64,000 nt of DNA from Escherichia phage P479. Position 1 is the stretch's first letter; every line of letters begins with the position of its first letter. The notes under the pieces are model-generated. The model made no database searches, had not been told where the DNA came from, and saw only the letters and a list, made by a program, of their open reading frames with translations. The translations under genes were made by a program, and so were the position numbers. Shown here piece after piece: positions 27,986 through 41,117 of the stretch. The stretch lies in the sequence record MW269952.1. One strand, written 5' to 3'.

Positions 27986-28017
27986 AAGAAAGGGACCTCA
28001 AGGGTCCCTTTTTATTT
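27986..28017. terminator. bidirectional terminator hairpin (GGGACC-tcaag-GGTCCC) between the 27700 ORF and gene 23
   Basis: Hairpin followed by tttttattt. Confidence 0.7.
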
Positions 28018-28031
28018 AACTTAATCTAGGA

Positions 28032-29591
28032 TTAAATTCCTTTAACATATACGCGGCGGAAGTAACCGTTCAAGCCAAGGCTGTTAACGATGTCCGGCAT
28101 GCCGTTCTGAATGCGCTTGGTCGGAGCCTGAGCAGCAGGGTCAGCAAACGGGTTGATACCGATACCGTAACGGGTTTTGAAGCCCATAACCGGCTGGAAG
28201 TTTTTCGGGTCAGAACCACGCAGCGGGGTCAGTGCAACATATGGTGCGTAGTAGATACCAGCATCCATTTCGTTAGCGCCTTTGTAACCAATGGTGAAGT
28301 AATCTGCACGAGCATACTGGTCGATATAGACACGGTATTTGCCACCCAGAACACCAGCGAACACAGCTTTAGTGGTGTCAACGTTGAAACCTTTACCCAG
28401 ACCCTGAGCAGCATAACTAACAGAAGTATCAACAGCAGCCAGCACGTTAACTACGTTACGGGAAGCGATGATGAAGTTACCTGCACCACGACCGGTCTGA
28501 CGAGCGATTTCAGCGGCTTCTTTATCAATCTGGAACAGTAAAGCTTTGAAGCTTTCACCAGCCCAACGAGCACCACGGATATCAATCGGGTCCTGGAAGT
28601 CAAACACACCAGCTTTAGCACCAACGGTGTTGGTCATACCAGATTTACCAACCTGTGCGGAGTAGTTAATCCAATCGATAACTTCGCGGTTGATTTCCAG
28701 CATAATTTCGGTAGCCAGAATACCACTCAATTCGGCATCAGCATCCATACCGTGAACAGCGCGGAGGTCCTGTGCCAGTTCGATGGAGTAGCTTGCTTTC
28801 AGCTGACGGGATTTAGCTTCGATAACTTGTTTGTCGATGCGGAAGCCCATTTCGTTCCACGGGTTATCAGAGGAACCGTTAAAACCTTCTTGCAGTTCGG
28901 CGATGGAGGTAGCCATACCTTCAGCCAATTCAGCCAGCTGACCAGCTTCGAGCAGTTTGGTAACTTCAGCGTCAAGTTTAGCAGCATCGGTAGCAGCAGC
29001 ATCAACAGTTACAGCTTCAACAGCCTGGAAGTGTGCAGAACCGGTTGCTTCGAAGAAGTGAGAATAAATTTTACCAACTTCCAGAACTTTGCTTGCAGCC
29101 AGTGCTTCAAAAGTCTTAGCAGCGCCCTGACCAGAGAACATAGCGTTCGGAGCATACATCGGATGGAAAGCTTCTTTAGCACCAGATGCAACAGGGTCTT
29201 TACCGTATACTGCACGCAGTGCAAATACCTGGCCAGTCGGGTTGTTCAGAGGCTGTACGCCACAAATGTCAAACGCAATCAGATGCGGGATAGCACGACG
29301 AACCATACCCATAACTGCCGGCCCAATCTGAGTTACTGCACCAGAGGTCTGGCCAGCAGCAATATTGGTAGCATCATAACCATGGTCACCACCGATTTCA
29401 GCTTCGGTCAGGAAAGAACCAAATGCTTCGGAGATTTTTTCGTCACGGTATTCAGGAGCGGTCAGAATATCTTGTTCCTGGTTTTCAAAGATTTTAGCGA
29501 TGATAGCTTGTTTAGAAGCACCAACGATTTCCGGAAGAGCTTCGTTTTCCAGCAGAGCGGACCATTTTTGAACTAATGCATTCTTTTTCAT
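28032..29591 (-). CDS. 23: major capsid protein gp23
   Basis: 519 aa (T4 gp23 521 aa); synteny. Confidence 0.9.
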   Translation of the reverse strand: MKKNALVQKWSALLENEALPEIVGASKQAIIAKIFENQEQDILTAPEYRDEKISEAFGSFLTEAEIGGDHGYDATNIAAGQTSGAVTQIGPAVMGMVRRAIPHLIAFDICGVQPLNNPTGQVFALRAVYGKDPVASGAKEAFHPMYAPNAMFSGQGAAKTFEALAASKVLEVGKIYSHFFEATGSAHFQAVEAVTVDAAATDAAKLDAEVTKLLEAGQLAELAEGMATSIAELQEGFNGSSDNPWNEMGFRIDKQVIEAKSRQLKASYSIELAQDLRAVHGMDADAELSGILATEIMLEINREVIDWINYSAQVGKSGMTNTVGAKAGVFDFQDPIDIRGARWAGESFKALLFQIDKEAAEIARQTGRGAGNFIIASRNVVNVLAAVDTSVSYAAQGLGKGFNVDTTKAVFAGVLGGKYRVYIDQYARADYFTIGYKGANEMDAGIYYAPYVALTPLRGSDPKNFQPVMGFKTRYGIGINPFADPAAQAPTKRIQNGMPDIVNSLGLNGYFRRVYVKGI

Positions 29592-29612
29592 GTGTTGTAT
29601 AACCTTATTAAA

Positions 29613-30431
29613 TTAAGAAATTCGTGATGCTGCGAGAGCAGACAAGTCCGCGAAGGACAGGGTAGGCTTGGCGCCTTTTTCTTCAACTGCTTCTGAAATG
29701 TAATTCAGTGCCGCAGCATCGTCTACATTTTTATTTATAGCGGCTTCGGTGATTGGTTTGTCGGTGGGTTCTACCTGACCTTTAACCATTTCAACGATAG
29801 CGCCAATTTTGGTACCGAATGCATCAGAGTATTCCATGCCTTCTACCAGAGAACCAACTTTTTCTTTCTGAGATTCAGTCAGGTCTTTAGTTGCTTCAGT
29901 CAACGCAACTTCACGTTGGACATAATTGATATAAGCATCACGCTTAGAAACTTCTTCGAACAGGCTAGCGGTTTCTTCTTTCTGTTCAGCCAGTTCTTCC
30001 TGCATTTCTGCGACAACATCGACAGATTCTTCCGGAACAACAACGTTGTGCTCAACGAACAGTTCTTTCATGCCGGTGAACATGGATTCGAACAGGTCAG
30101 CTTTAATGCCACGGTCGACAGCCAGTTTATTTTCAGCAAGCCATTCTTTAGCAACGTGGTCCAGGAATTTAGCTGCAGATTCTTTCAGTTTTTTCTCTGC
30201 TTTTTCGTCGGATTCTTCTTTATTCTTTTCGACTTCTTCTTCAGCTTTTTCAGCGATGGCGTGAATGTGAGATTCTGCCAGTTTGATGGCGTGTTGCTTG
30301 ACGGTAGCTTCGAATACAGTGCCGAAGGTAGCTTTCGCTTCCGGGGACAAATTAACTGATTCGAAAATACTATCGAGAGCAACGGAAGCATCGATATTCT
30401 GAGCTTCGGCAATGAGTTGTTCTTTAAGCAT
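29613..30431 (-). CDS. 22: prohead core scaffold protein gp22
   Basis: 272 aa; acidic, coiled-coil-like composition; synteny. Confidence 0.85.
   Translation of the reverse strand: MLKEQLIAEAQNIDASVALDSIFESVNLSPEAKATFGTVFEATVKQHAIKLAESHIHAIAEKAEEEVEKNKEESDEKAEKKLKESAAKFLDHVAKEWLAENKLAVDRGIKADLFESMFTGMKELFVEHNVVVPEESVDVVAEMQEELAEQKEETASLFEEVSKRDAYINYVQREVALTEATKDLTESQKEKVGSLVEGMEYSDAFGTKIGAIVEMVKGQVEPTDKPITEAAINKNVDDAAALNYISEAVEEKGAKPTLSFADLSALAASRIS
29732..29739 (-). promoter_or_regulatory. candidate late promoter for gene 23 inside the 3' end of gene 22
   Basis: + strand tatttata = TATAAATA on -, about 140 nt upstream of the gene 23 ATG. Confidence 0.35.
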
Positions 30432-30460
30432 TTTGTAGTCCTGTTGTTAAGATATACATT

Positions 30461-30468
30461 TATTTATA
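30461..30468 (-). promoter_or_regulatory. T4-type late promoter for gene 22
   Basis: TATAAATA on -, 30 nt upstream of the gene 22 ATG, overlapping the gene 21 stop. Confidence 0.55.
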
Positions 30469-31102
30469 ACGTCTTTAAAGCCTCTGCGAGAGCCATAAAG
30501 GCGTCATCGGCACTGGTATCGGCAACAGCCGTTTGTGATTCTGTAATCTGCTTTGGTTTGACCCAAGCGTCCGGAGCACTTGGCCCCCATACTGCGTCTA
30601 CTCCAACCGTCAATTTAAAACCTTCATTAACGATGCTATAACCTTTTGCTGATTTAGTCAGGGAACCAAGTCCACGACTAGATACACCAGGAATCCAACC
30701 TGCTCTTATATTCGCAGCAAGTTTATCACCTGGGCCATGGTCGCCTTCGATAATACGAGCGCGGCCATATACATCATTCCCTTTCCACCACATTTCCTCG
30801 ATAATAATTGCCGCCTGCATAGGGTCAACGTTTGCACGAGGTGGATGGTTTAATTCTCCAAGAGACTGCTTGGTTTCAACCTGTTCGGCGATATAGTCCG
30901 CAACGGCTTTTTCCAAAATATGTTTAGGATAAAGTCGTTTATTACGGTTAACAACTTCAGCTTGTAGGAAAATACCTTCAATATAAAGTCCTGGCTTTAA
31001 ACCGCTGCTGGAACCATCATGAGATTCCAACATCGGTACACCATCTTTAATTTCGCCCGGTTGACCCCAGTGTTCGATTAGTAACTCTGGTTTCTGTTCC
31101 AT
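30464..31102 (-). CDS. 21: prohead protease gp21
   Basis: 212 aa (T4 gp21 212 aa); synteny. Confidence 0.85.
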   Translation of the reverse strand: MEQKPELLIEHWGQPGEIKDGVPMLESHDGSSSGLKPGLYIEGIFLQAEVVNRNKRLYPKHILEKAVADYIAEQVETKQSLGELNHPPRANVDPMQAAIIIEEMWWKGNDVYGRARIIEGDHGPGDKLAANIRAGWIPGVSSRGLGSLTKSAKGYSIVNEGFKLTVGVDAVWGPSAPDAWVKPKQITESQTAVADTSADDAFMALAEALKTL

Positions 31103-31530
31103 TAATCAAGTCCGAATGCTTTACGCTTAGCTCGAGCTTTTTTGCGCTTGCGCTCTGCTCTGATTTGCGTAGATGGGTTTGCTCTTTTCGTTTTAGTAGC
31201 CAGACGGGCAATTTGACGACGTTTAGCTTTAGAAAGACCAGTTGTTTGGAAAGCGTTACGCTTACGAGTAGCTCGGTCTTTTGTGCGGGTTAACTCACCG
31301 CGAGACGATACATGTTTAACGATAAATTCGTTAAGCTGAACACCTTCATTCAGAGCGCCGATAACCGTTGCTTTTTCGTATTCACCGGCTGCAAACATGT
31401 TTTCTACAATAATATTTATATCGTCTTTTTCTAAGGCTTCAGATAATGAATCAAATTGTCCCTGAGCTTCTTCGGAAACACTTTCGATGTTTTCAAGAGT
31501 TAATTCGTAATCATCAGGGATAATAAACAT
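31102..31530 (-). CDS. 68: prohead core protein gp68
   Basis: 142 aa; synteny between 67 and 21. Confidence 0.75.
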   Translation of the reverse strand: MFIIPDDYELTLENIESVSEEAQGQFDSLSEALEKDDINIIVENMFAAGEYEKATVIGALNEGVQLNEFIVKHVSSRGELTRTKDRATRKRNAFQTTGLSKAKRRQIARLATKTKRANPSTQIRAERKRKKARAKRKAFGLD

Positions 31531-31784
31531 TATTCATCGTCCTCATCTTCATCGTCGTCGCCTTCGTCAGCGTCATCAGATTCTTTTTTGTCTTTCTTTT
31601 CTGCTTTACCGTCATCTTCATCTTCATCATCTTTAGGCTCTTCGCCTTCAATCATGATGGAACGTGCAATTTCAATCTTACGTTCTTCAATCAAACTACC
31701 GCATACTGGGCCAATGTTTTCAGCAAAATATTTGCGAACGGCTACGAGGTCGTTTGATTTAATGGCTTCAAATAAATCATCCAT
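31530..31784 (-). CDS. 67: prohead core protein gp67
   Basis: 84 aa with a highly acidic C-terminus; synteny. Confidence 0.75.
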   Translation of the reverse strand: MDDLFEAIKSNDLVAVRKYFAENIGPVCGSLIEERKIEIARSIMIEGEEPKDDEDEDDGKAEKKDKKESDDADEGDDDEDEDDE

Positions 31785-33358
31785 TAGAAATCCTCTTCTT
31801 CTTCTTCAGGGTTTTGGAAACGAGCCTCTTTGGACTCCAATTCAATTTGCTTAGCTTCTTGATTAATTTCTTCATCAGACATCTGGAGGAAATCCTTCAT
31901 AGCCGTTTGATGCGAAATATATTTACCGATAAACGGTTCAGCCATCGTTAGCATATTGATTCTGCGTTCCATGATTTCTGCATCTTTCATTTCAGTGAAA
32001 TAGCTATCACGGTTGAACGTAACTTTAATATTATTTAGTTCCTTTTCCCATTCCTCTTCTGAAATAATTTTTTTCAGGATAAGGTTGGTTTTAAGTGGGT
32101 CGAGGAAAACTTCTTCAAATTTATTCTGTAGCTGTCGAATCCATTTAGAGAAATTCAATTCATCGCGAGTAATTGTCGCGCCCGCATCAAACATAACACC
32201 ACTGTTTTGGTCATTAGGGATACGAGATAATGGAATTCGGAGAGCCTGATATAGGTTGTTCTTAAACCAGCGAACATCGTCCATATCCGACATGCCTTGT
32301 GCACCCGGGAGTGTATCAACTTCAGTGACTGCTTTACCATCACGACGTTGCAACCAATAGTCTTCTGTCATTGACATGTTGTGCTGTTGGTTTTTGATTT
32401 TACCCGTAGTTGCATCATATACGACACGGTTTTTCATCGTGTTCATAATATGTTGCATGTGTGCTGCTGCTTTACGGGACGGCATATTCCCGGTATCGAT
32501 ATAAAAGACTCGGCGGTCCGGGGCACGAGTTATACGATAAATGACTAAAGCATCTTCTAATAGTTTTAATTGGTTTGCAGGTTTAATTGCTCGTTGCAAG
32601 TATCCGATGATATTCTTGCCACAACAATCAAGTAATCCAGAATGCGCATATACAATCGCCGCACGAGGAATTTTTATTTTAGTACCTGCTTCATATATAC
32701 GACCATCGGCACAATAACTTTCATGGCCAGTATCGTATACAAAATATTCTCTGTAACCGTCGACAATTTTTGTACCGTTTTCCATGCGTGTAACGATTTC
32801 ACGGATGAACTGGATTTGTCTTGGGTCAAGGCGACGAAGTTCTTGAACACCATCTTTAAGTTTTGATGGGTTGATAATTTTGTGGAAGAAAATTCGAGAA
32901 TCCACATACCAACGTTTAAAGTGGTCAGAACCTTTGCGCTCGAAATTAAGGAGGTTATTGACTTCCGAGAATTCTTCGAGGATTCGGTCTTTAATTTTCT
33001 GACTAAATTCGGTAGCATCAAGGTTAAGAGCTACAACATCTTTACCGTCTTCAAAAACGATAGCATCAGACACAATTTCTTGCACTGCGTTATCAACTTC
33101 ATAATTATTTAGTAAGTTGCGGTAGGTGTCAATTAATTCCCTGGTATTTTTTACTTCAGGTTCATTGCTCCCGAACATCTGTTGCATCAATGCATTATAC
33201 GGGACGTTTTGTTCTTGTGACTCAATTTCGCGAGCCCCATCATCAAACTTCGGCCCGGTCATTGACTCTAAATTATTTTTTTCTTGTTGCTTATATTCTT
33301 GTTCATCTTCTTTAGCCCAAGGCTTAAGAAAATTTAGTATTGTGTTAAAACCTGCCAT
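31784..33358 (-). CDS. 20: portal vertex protein gp20
   Basis: 524 aa (T4 gp20 524 aa); synteny. Confidence 0.9.
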   Translation of the reverse strand: MAGFNTILNFLKPWAKEDEQEYKQQEKNNLESMTGPKFDDGAREIESQEQNVPYNALMQQMFGSNEPEVKNTRELIDTYRNLLNNYEVDNAVQEIVSDAIVFEDGKDVVALNLDATEFSQKIKDRILEEFSEVNNLLNFERKGSDHFKRWYVDSRIFFHKIINPSKLKDGVQELRRLDPRQIQFIREIVTRMENGTKIVDGYREYFVYDTGHESYCADGRIYEAGTKIKIPRAAIVYAHSGLLDCCGKNIIGYLQRAIKPANQLKLLEDALVIYRITRAPDRRVFYIDTGNMPSRKAAAHMQHIMNTMKNRVVYDATTGKIKNQQHNMSMTEDYWLQRRDGKAVTEVDTLPGAQGMSDMDDVRWFKNNLYQALRIPLSRIPNDQNSGVMFDAGATITRDELNFSKWIRQLQNKFEEVFLDPLKTNLILKKIISEEEWEKELNNIKVTFNRDSYFTEMKDAEIMERRINMLTMAEPFIGKYISHQTAMKDFLQMSDEEINQEAKQIELESKEARFQNPEEEEEDF

Positions 33359-33406
33359 TAGAGTCTCCGAAGTTTGGGAAATGAGGCCGAAGCCTCATAA
33401 TAACTT

Positions 33407-33414
33407 TATTTATA
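33407..33414 (-). promoter_or_regulatory. T4-type late promoter for gene 20
   Basis: TATAAATA on -, 49 nt upstream of the gene 20 ATG. Confidence 0.5.
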
Positions 33415-33415
33415 C

Positions 33416-33907
33416 TTATTCCCACCAGTCAATTGCGAACGTTGCTTCGAACGTTTCAATTTCGTTGTTTGAATCCCAATCCATCTGGACTTCCCCAACG
33501 TTGGTTGGCCACATGCCGGTAATAACAACTTCTTTCGTAATGGTCTTGCCATCACGATGGAACTGGCGGACAGTAGCGGTTTTCTTATAATCAGCAGGAG
33601 CTGCACCGGTGATTTCGTTAGTCATACCGTGACACAGATTTTGCCAATCAACAATTGCTTGACGAACTTTATGAGCATCGTCGTTATAAATCGTAATAGT
33701 CCAGTCATCAAATGTACGGTCGCCCGCAACGTTGATTTTACGGTTCATGTAACCGACAGGAACTTTTTCTACAATGCCTGCAGGCATCGGGGCTGCTTTA
33801 CAATGGAAAGCAAAGTTTTTGCCCAGGAATGGGATTTCGACTTCGAACAGGTTAGGGCGAGCAAAGTCGCCGGATTCGAAAGCGCGTGTGATATCGGTCA
33901 ACTCCAT
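33416..33907 (-). CDS. 19: tail tube protein gp19
   Basis: Start placed at the internal ATG (MELTDITRAFESGDFARPNLFEVEIP...), matching the recalled T4 gp19 N-terminus; 163 aa. Confidence 0.85.
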   Translation of the reverse strand: MELTDITRAFESGDFARPNLFEVEIPFLGKNFAFHCKAAPMPAGIVEKVPVGYMNRKINVAGDRTFDDWTITIYNDDAHKVRQAIVDWQNLCHGMTNEITGAAPADYKKTATVRQFHRDGKTITKEVVITGMWPTNVGEVQMDWDSNNEIETFEATFAIDWWE

Positions 33908-33959
33908 TAAGGAATCCTCTTTATAGACACAGGTTGCGTGAACGCGTCCCTGATGCATG

Positions 33960-33967
33960 TATTTATA
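33960..33967 (-). promoter_or_regulatory. T4-type late promoter for gene 19
   Basis: TATAAATA on -, 53 nt upstream of the gene 19 ATG. Confidence 0.55.
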
Positions 33968-34024
33968 CTAGGTAATATGATTCATCATCTCAAGATAATG
34001 GCTTCCCAGAATCAACCACAGGAG

Positions 34025-34075
34025 CCCGTAGAACCGATTATGCTTTTATTTATAACACTGTATAATGGTTCTACG
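34025..34075 (+). promoter_or_regulatory. middle-promoter-like cassette (TGCTTTTA box, TATAAT, GGTTCTA) enclosed by a perfect 10-bp inverted repeat, oriented antisense to gene 18
   Basis: Inverted repeat ccgtagaacc (34025-34034) / ggttctacgg (34066-34075); box 34040-34047; TATAAT 34060-34065. The - strand also carries TATAAATA at 34046-34053. Confidence 0.45.
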
Positions 34076-34107
34076 GTTTCTAACTGATTAATTCTAAGCG
34101 ATGATAA

Positions 34108-36087
34108 TTATTGTGGCCCAATCAGCTCATCGAAATTAGCACCGGTGCTTGTTGCTACGAAATTAAGCGTGATGTAGTTGATGCTGCGCGCCGGTTTGAA
34201 ATAAATGCTAGCAACAAACTCATTTCGGTCTATGACCGACGGGGTGTTGTTAGTAGTATCACAAACCACACGACCTTCATAAATGCCACCGAGCGCACGA
34301 ATACCATCCAAGTATTGAGAAGTTTCCATACGGAATGATGCACGAGTGAAGTTATCGTTAAGCTCAAACAGTTTATATTTGGATGCGTCACCGATATTTT
34401 TCTTCAGCATATTCGTAAGACGGCGAACGTTGATATGGTCCATCGGAGATGGAACTTTAGTTGCAGTCTTATCACCATACAGAACAAAACCATCACCACC
34501 TGCGAAACCAACAACCGGGTTGATAGCTTCCTGATACATGCGGTCACGTTGGGTCTGACGTGGTTCAACAGCCAATTTCAGAACGTTCAGAATCTGACCA
34601 CGATTATAACCTGCCGGAGACATCCAAGGCTGAGAAACATCATCAGTACGAGCACACAGTCCAGCCATATCAGCTGCCAGAGGAACCCAACGGTTAACGT
34701 CGTTATATTTATCATACTGATATTTATAGTTGCCATCAATCGCTGCATAAGTTGTGCTGATATTCATATTATCAGTATCAAATGCACCAGCACCTGTACG
34801 CCAGTCAATCAGGTTATCCACTGCACGGGTCAGAGGAACGTTAACCAACAGACCTTTCGGCGGGGAAATGAATGCCAAGCAATCCTGACGTTCGTCAGCA
34901 ATAGAAACTACGTGCTTCTGAACAGTGGAAGCGGTCGCATCACCTTCACCAGCACAAGCACCAGCGATAAGCAGGTTGATATGCAGAGCTTCACGGTCAG
35001 CGAACAGGTCCCAACCTTGCATCAAATCACCAGCGGTAATCTTATCGTTTGCAGAAATACCGCCAGACAGATTGATGATACCACTGAAGCCTACAGGCCA
35101 GTTGCGAGATGTTGCATAGATGTAGTTGGAAGTACCTTTTGCAAAGTAGTCATCCAGGTAAATGTTATTACCATAAACATCTTTTTCGCCCTGCTTAGTA
35201 GACAAAACAACGTTTTCGACGATTGCACCATCGCGGCGAACGATAATAGCATATTGGTTTTCGGTCTGAGGACCATAGTTAAACACCGCACGAGCTATAG
35301 AAGCGCGGGAACCACCACCAGGGAAAATATCCAGATTTGCAGTTGCGCCTTTTTCAAATTCAGCTTTGGATACGATTTCAACTTCAAGAGTCGAACCAAT
35401 TTCACCAGGATAAAGAGCAACAACACCCGGCATTGCATATTTTGCCAATGATGCCTGGAATTCCAGAGAAGTAATTGCTTCTTCACTGTTTTCTGCTTCA
35501 GTCAACAGAATGCCAGAATCGGTAACAATTTTTCCGACAGTGATGGTACCAGATACACCGGAAGAAGTGGTCGTAACTTCTGCAGTCCATGCACTGCCCA
35601 AATTAGGATACTGATTAATAGTTTTAGCAAATGCAATAATCTTATTGGTAGGAATAAAGATTGCCAGAATTTTACCATCAACATCGACCTTGGTCACACG
35701 GCCAGCTGGTTCAACAACAGTCTGGTTGTGTTTAACCTGAATAACATCACCGACAGCATAGTTTGTACCAGCAGTTACGATGGTAGTTTCAATATTGCCA
35801 GCAATAGGGGATGCGTTTTTAGCTTCGTCACGGTTAACAACACGTACAGTACGGAGGTCATTACCATATTGCAGGAAGTTCATCCCACTCATAAAGTAAT
35901 CTGCTGTTTCATTATTCGGACCACCAAACAAATCAACAAGTTCAACTTCGTTTGTAATCTGAGTTACCTGGAAAGCTGGGCCCCACTGGAATTTACCAAC
36001 CAGCGCCGCACGACCCGTCGCGTTACGAACAACAGTGCTTTGGACCGTTGTTTCTTTGAGCTCAATGCCCGGGGATAATAAAGCCAT
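34108..36087 (-). CDS. 18: tail sheath protein gp18
   Basis: 659 aa (T4 gp18 659 aa); synteny. Confidence 0.9.
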   Translation of the reverse strand: MALLSPGIELKETTVQSTVVRNATGRAALVGKFQWGPAFQVTQITNEVELVDLFGGPNNETADYFMSGMNFLQYGNDLRTVRVVNRDEAKNASPIAGNIETTIVTAGTNYAVGDVIQVKHNQTVVEPAGRVTKVDVDGKILAIFIPTNKIIAFAKTINQYPNLGSAWTAEVTTTSSGVSGTITVGKIVTDSGILLTEAENSEEAITSLEFQASLAKYAMPGVVALYPGEIGSTLEVEIVSKAEFEKGATANLDIFPGGGSRASIARAVFNYGPQTENQYAIIVRRDGAIVENVVLSTKQGEKDVYGNNIYLDDYFAKGTSNYIYATSRNWPVGFSGIINLSGGISANDKITAGDLMQGWDLFADREALHINLLIAGACAGEGDATASTVQKHVVSIADERQDCLAFISPPKGLLVNVPLTRAVDNLIDWRTGAGAFDTDNMNISTTYAAIDGNYKYQYDKYNDVNRWVPLAADMAGLCARTDDVSQPWMSPAGYNRGQILNVLKLAVEPRQTQRDRMYQEAINPVVGFAGGDGFVLYGDKTATKVPSPMDHINVRRLTNMLKKNIGDASKYKLFELNDNFTRASFRMETSQYLDGIRALGGIYEGRVVCDTTNNTPSVIDRNEFVASIYFKPARSINYITLNFVATSTGANFDELIGPQ

Positions 36088-36116
36088 TTTGAGTCCTCTA
36101 ATAGTTTGCTTTACTT

Positions 36117-38423
<2,307 letters not shown>

Positions 38424-38427
<4 letters not shown>

Positions 38428-39299
38428 AATGGTACCCTATTTTTTCTTGGGGCTGGAGGTGTTGGGTCAACCGGTACAGGAATATCCTGCGAGTAGGTTT
38501 GAACAGATTCACCTTGCCAGTCTTCTTGGTCGACGTCTCGTGGAACGGCTTCCGAATCAACAGATTCGAAATTACCTTCCGGTGCAAGCTCTCTAGAATT
38601 TGCAAAGAAGTCAAGATAGATAGTACGGATTTCCCCTGCTACTTCCTTGACTGGTGGATATAACCAACCGTTGACTTCGAACATAATGGACCATTCGAGT
38701 CTACGGCGAGTCATTGCATCACCTTCAATTTGCTCATCCATAGCAATGGACTGGAGCACGATTCTTATATCACGTTCGAACGTAATTTCATTCGTATAAA
38801 GTTCAGTGATAGTTGTATTAAAATGTGGTTGGAAGTAAGGCATGATTTGTTCGATAATCTGGAACATATCATCTTGATGTCTTGTATATATTCCAAGTTC
38901 GAAAATCATTTTGACCGGCACAGGAGAATATTGAGATATCTGCTTGCGGGGGTCGTTATTAGCAAATCGCGCCTGTGTGTGATTCTGGAGAGCCGTTTTA
39001 TATTGCCCGTTATACATCAAGTCAACCATATGTAGGTTCATACGGGGCAATACGGTCTCGATTTTAGCCTTCTGAGCAGCACGTTCTTGTGGTGTCATGT
39101 CAGGAGTAGGTGTATTCTGAATAGCGGTCCATTTTCCAAGCTGCATCATGAATTTTTCTTTTGAAGCATAAGAAATAGGGACCTTAATATATTTAAGTCC
39201 AGTGTCTTCTCTGGTTCTGGCCACTTGTACATGGGAAAATAAATCGCCCATTAAAACGATATAGCGACGCAGAGACGAATTATAAAAATGCCCAAACAA
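38424..39299 (-). CDS. 15: tail sheath stabiliser / tail completion protein gp15
   Basis: N-terminus [22 protein letters not shown]... matches recalled T4 gp15. Confidence 0.85.
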
Positions 39300-39342
39300 A
39301 GTAACCTCCAGGCGCCCAATTCGGGCGCATTAATAAATGTAT

Positions 39343-40128
39343 TTATTCATCAAAGAAACTATCGTCAAAGCTATCCTGTTTTGTCTTAGGAGGAGCCTCA
39401 AGCCCACGGCCATTCTGCACAAAATATGGTTTAACATATTCAGCTGCTTCTGCGTTAATCTCATCAGATTCTGCATAAGGGATATCGCTGATATCTGTAA
39501 GGCCATCGATATTGTGGATTGGTTGTAAATCGAGCTCGCTGAATTCTGAAATATTAATACCTTCATTCCGTTGCAATTCAGGTTTAAGTTCTTCCCCGGA
39601 GTAAATGTATTTGCTCGCGGTGATTTTACGAATGGCGTTTTGACCTACCTGATAGAATGGGTCGTAAGGTTGTACCCAGGTTATCTCGAACAGACTGTTA
39701 TCAAGAGGGAAATAAATCAAATCCCCGGCAATAGGTTCAGTCCCATTGCATTGGTGTTTAAACAGATTAGGGTTAATCGATACTGTGATTTCATCGTTCA
39801 CAGACATACCCCATTTACTAAAGATAGAACCATCACCCTGATATGCGTCAAACGTATCCAGATAACCTGCAAATTTCCATGCTTTATCAAATTTACTCTG
39901 GAGGTCTTCACCGAATAACAAATCCGGTTTAACAAATTGTCTTGGGATATAATAGAGAGACATTCCGCGCATCTGAATACTTTCAGCAACAATAGCATCA
40001 GCTAAAGTCTGGGTATTTTCATGATGCATAAAGTTGACATAAGGGTTCAATATCTCTGTAGCATTGGTATTGTCATACCCGGTCCCGTCTTCGAGCCGGG
40101 CGAATAATCTTGAGTCATAAGTAGCCAT
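39343..40128 (-). CDS. 14: neck protein gp14
   Basis: 261 aa (T4 gp14 256 aa); synteny. Confidence 0.8.
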   Translation of the reverse strand: MATYDSRLFARLEDGTGYDNTNATEILNPYVNFMHHENTQTLADAIVAESIQMRGMSLYYIPRQFVKPDLLFGEDLQSKFDKAWKFAGYLDTFDAYQGDGSIFSKWGMSVNDEITVSINPNLFKHQCNGTEPIAGDLIYFPLDNSLFEITWVQPYDPFYQVGQNAIRKITASKYIYSGEELKPELQRNEGINISEFSELDLQPIHNIDGLTDISDIPYAESDEINAEAAEYVKPYFVQNGRGLEAPPKTKQDSFDDSFFDE

Positions 40129-41066
40129 TAGCCCACCAATATAGGAGTCGGTGCATCCAGCAAGTCAAGTTCTTCGCGAAGACGTTCTTTTTCCATACGA
40201 GCTTCTTCGATTAAACGGACACCATCAACTGTGACGCCACCTGGCATCATCATCCCCTGGTGTTTAGCCAATACGTTGCCGTTAACTTCCTTAACAAGCG
40301 CCGTGGCATAGTCTTTCACCCAACGGTTGTTGTATGCACCATCTTGAAGTCCAAGGTCCTCACCGGCTCTCATACCGCTTATTCTGCGCGCTGGGTTATC
40401 CCACTGTGCACCAGCATTCCACGGATTATCACAATCAGCCGAAGCAAAACCATAGCCAGCTGTATTGCCTACCATTGAATCCACACCGTTATATGATTTG
40501 GTATAAACTTCAATTACAATCACATCTCCCTGACGGAAGTTGCCCATAATTTTGAGTTGTTCAGTATCGTCATTATACCAATAATCTGGCAGCGGAACCA
40601 TCAGGTCTTGCATCATTGAACGGTATTGCATAAGCTGTGTAAAATAACCAAGGTCTGCACCAAAAGCATTTGGGCCAAAGCTGTTACATGAGCTACCCAT
40701 TCCACCGTTAATCCCAGCAAGTCCCAGAACGAAATCTGTGAACCACGGATATGTGGCTTGTCCGTCCATCGAAGTTAATGAACCGACGTTAGTACGAATA
40801 ATCTGCGTTACTGCAAAAATATTACGGCCTTTTAAATCGAAAACACCATCGCGGAATTTCTGCTGTGAAACTTCATCATGGCCAATATAAAAAGCCTGAT
40901 AACCTTTGTTATAACCATTATAGTGATATTCGCCATATAATTCTAATGCGCGCTGGATGCAATCATAAACCTGTTCGGTCGTAACTTCGATATTCGTGAT
41001 TGGAGCACCAAGACGGCGAAGGATTGCATCTTTTAATTGTTTCGGGTTGTATGATTCAGTTGCCAT
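40128..41066 (-). CDS. 13: neck protein gp13
   Basis: 312 aa (T4 gp13 309 aa); synteny. Confidence 0.8.
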   Translation of the reverse strand: MATESYNPKQLKDAILRRLGAPITNIEVTTEQVYDCIQRALELYGEYHYNGYNKGYQAFYIGHDEVSQQKFRDGVFDLKGRNIFAVTQIIRTNVGSLTSMDGQATYPWFTDFVLGLAGINGGMGSSCNSFGPNAFGADLGYFTQLMQYRSMMQDLMVPLPDYWYNDDTEQLKIMGNFRQGDVIVIEVYTKSYNGVDSMVGNTAGYGFASADCDNPWNAGAQWDNPARRISGMRAGEDLGLQDGAYNNRWVKDYATALVKEVNGNVLAKHQGMMMPGGVTVDGVRLIEEARMEKERLREELDLLDAPTPILVG

Positions 41067-41084
41067 ATGTTTTCCTCTTTACTG

Positions 41085-41092
41085 TATTTATA
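41085..41092 (-). promoter_or_regulatory. T4-type late promoter for gene 13
   Basis: TATAAATA on -, 19 nt upstream of the gene 13 ATG. Confidence 0.5.
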
Positions 41093-41094
41093 CG

Positions 41095-41116
41095 AAAAAA
41101 GGGCCGAAGCCCTTTT
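41095..41116 (-). terminator. rho-independent terminator after wac
   Basis: gggc-ttcg-gccc hairpin flanked by A/T runs (aaaaaagggccgaagccctttt). Confidence 0.6.
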
Positions 41117-41117
41117 A

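Noticed and set aside
28752-29576. 274-aa ORF on + strand inside the gene 23 region
   Set aside because: Antisense shadow ORF within the major capsid protein gene.
34435-35451. 338-aa ORF on + strand inside the gene 18 region
   Set aside because: Lies entirely antisense within the well-supported tail sheath gene; typical shadow ORF.
39311-39328. gcgccc-aattc-gggcgc hairpin between genes 14 and 15 as a terminator
   Set aside because: No U-run follows on the transcribed (-) strand; more likely an RNA stability or processing stem-loop, or nothing, so not annotated.
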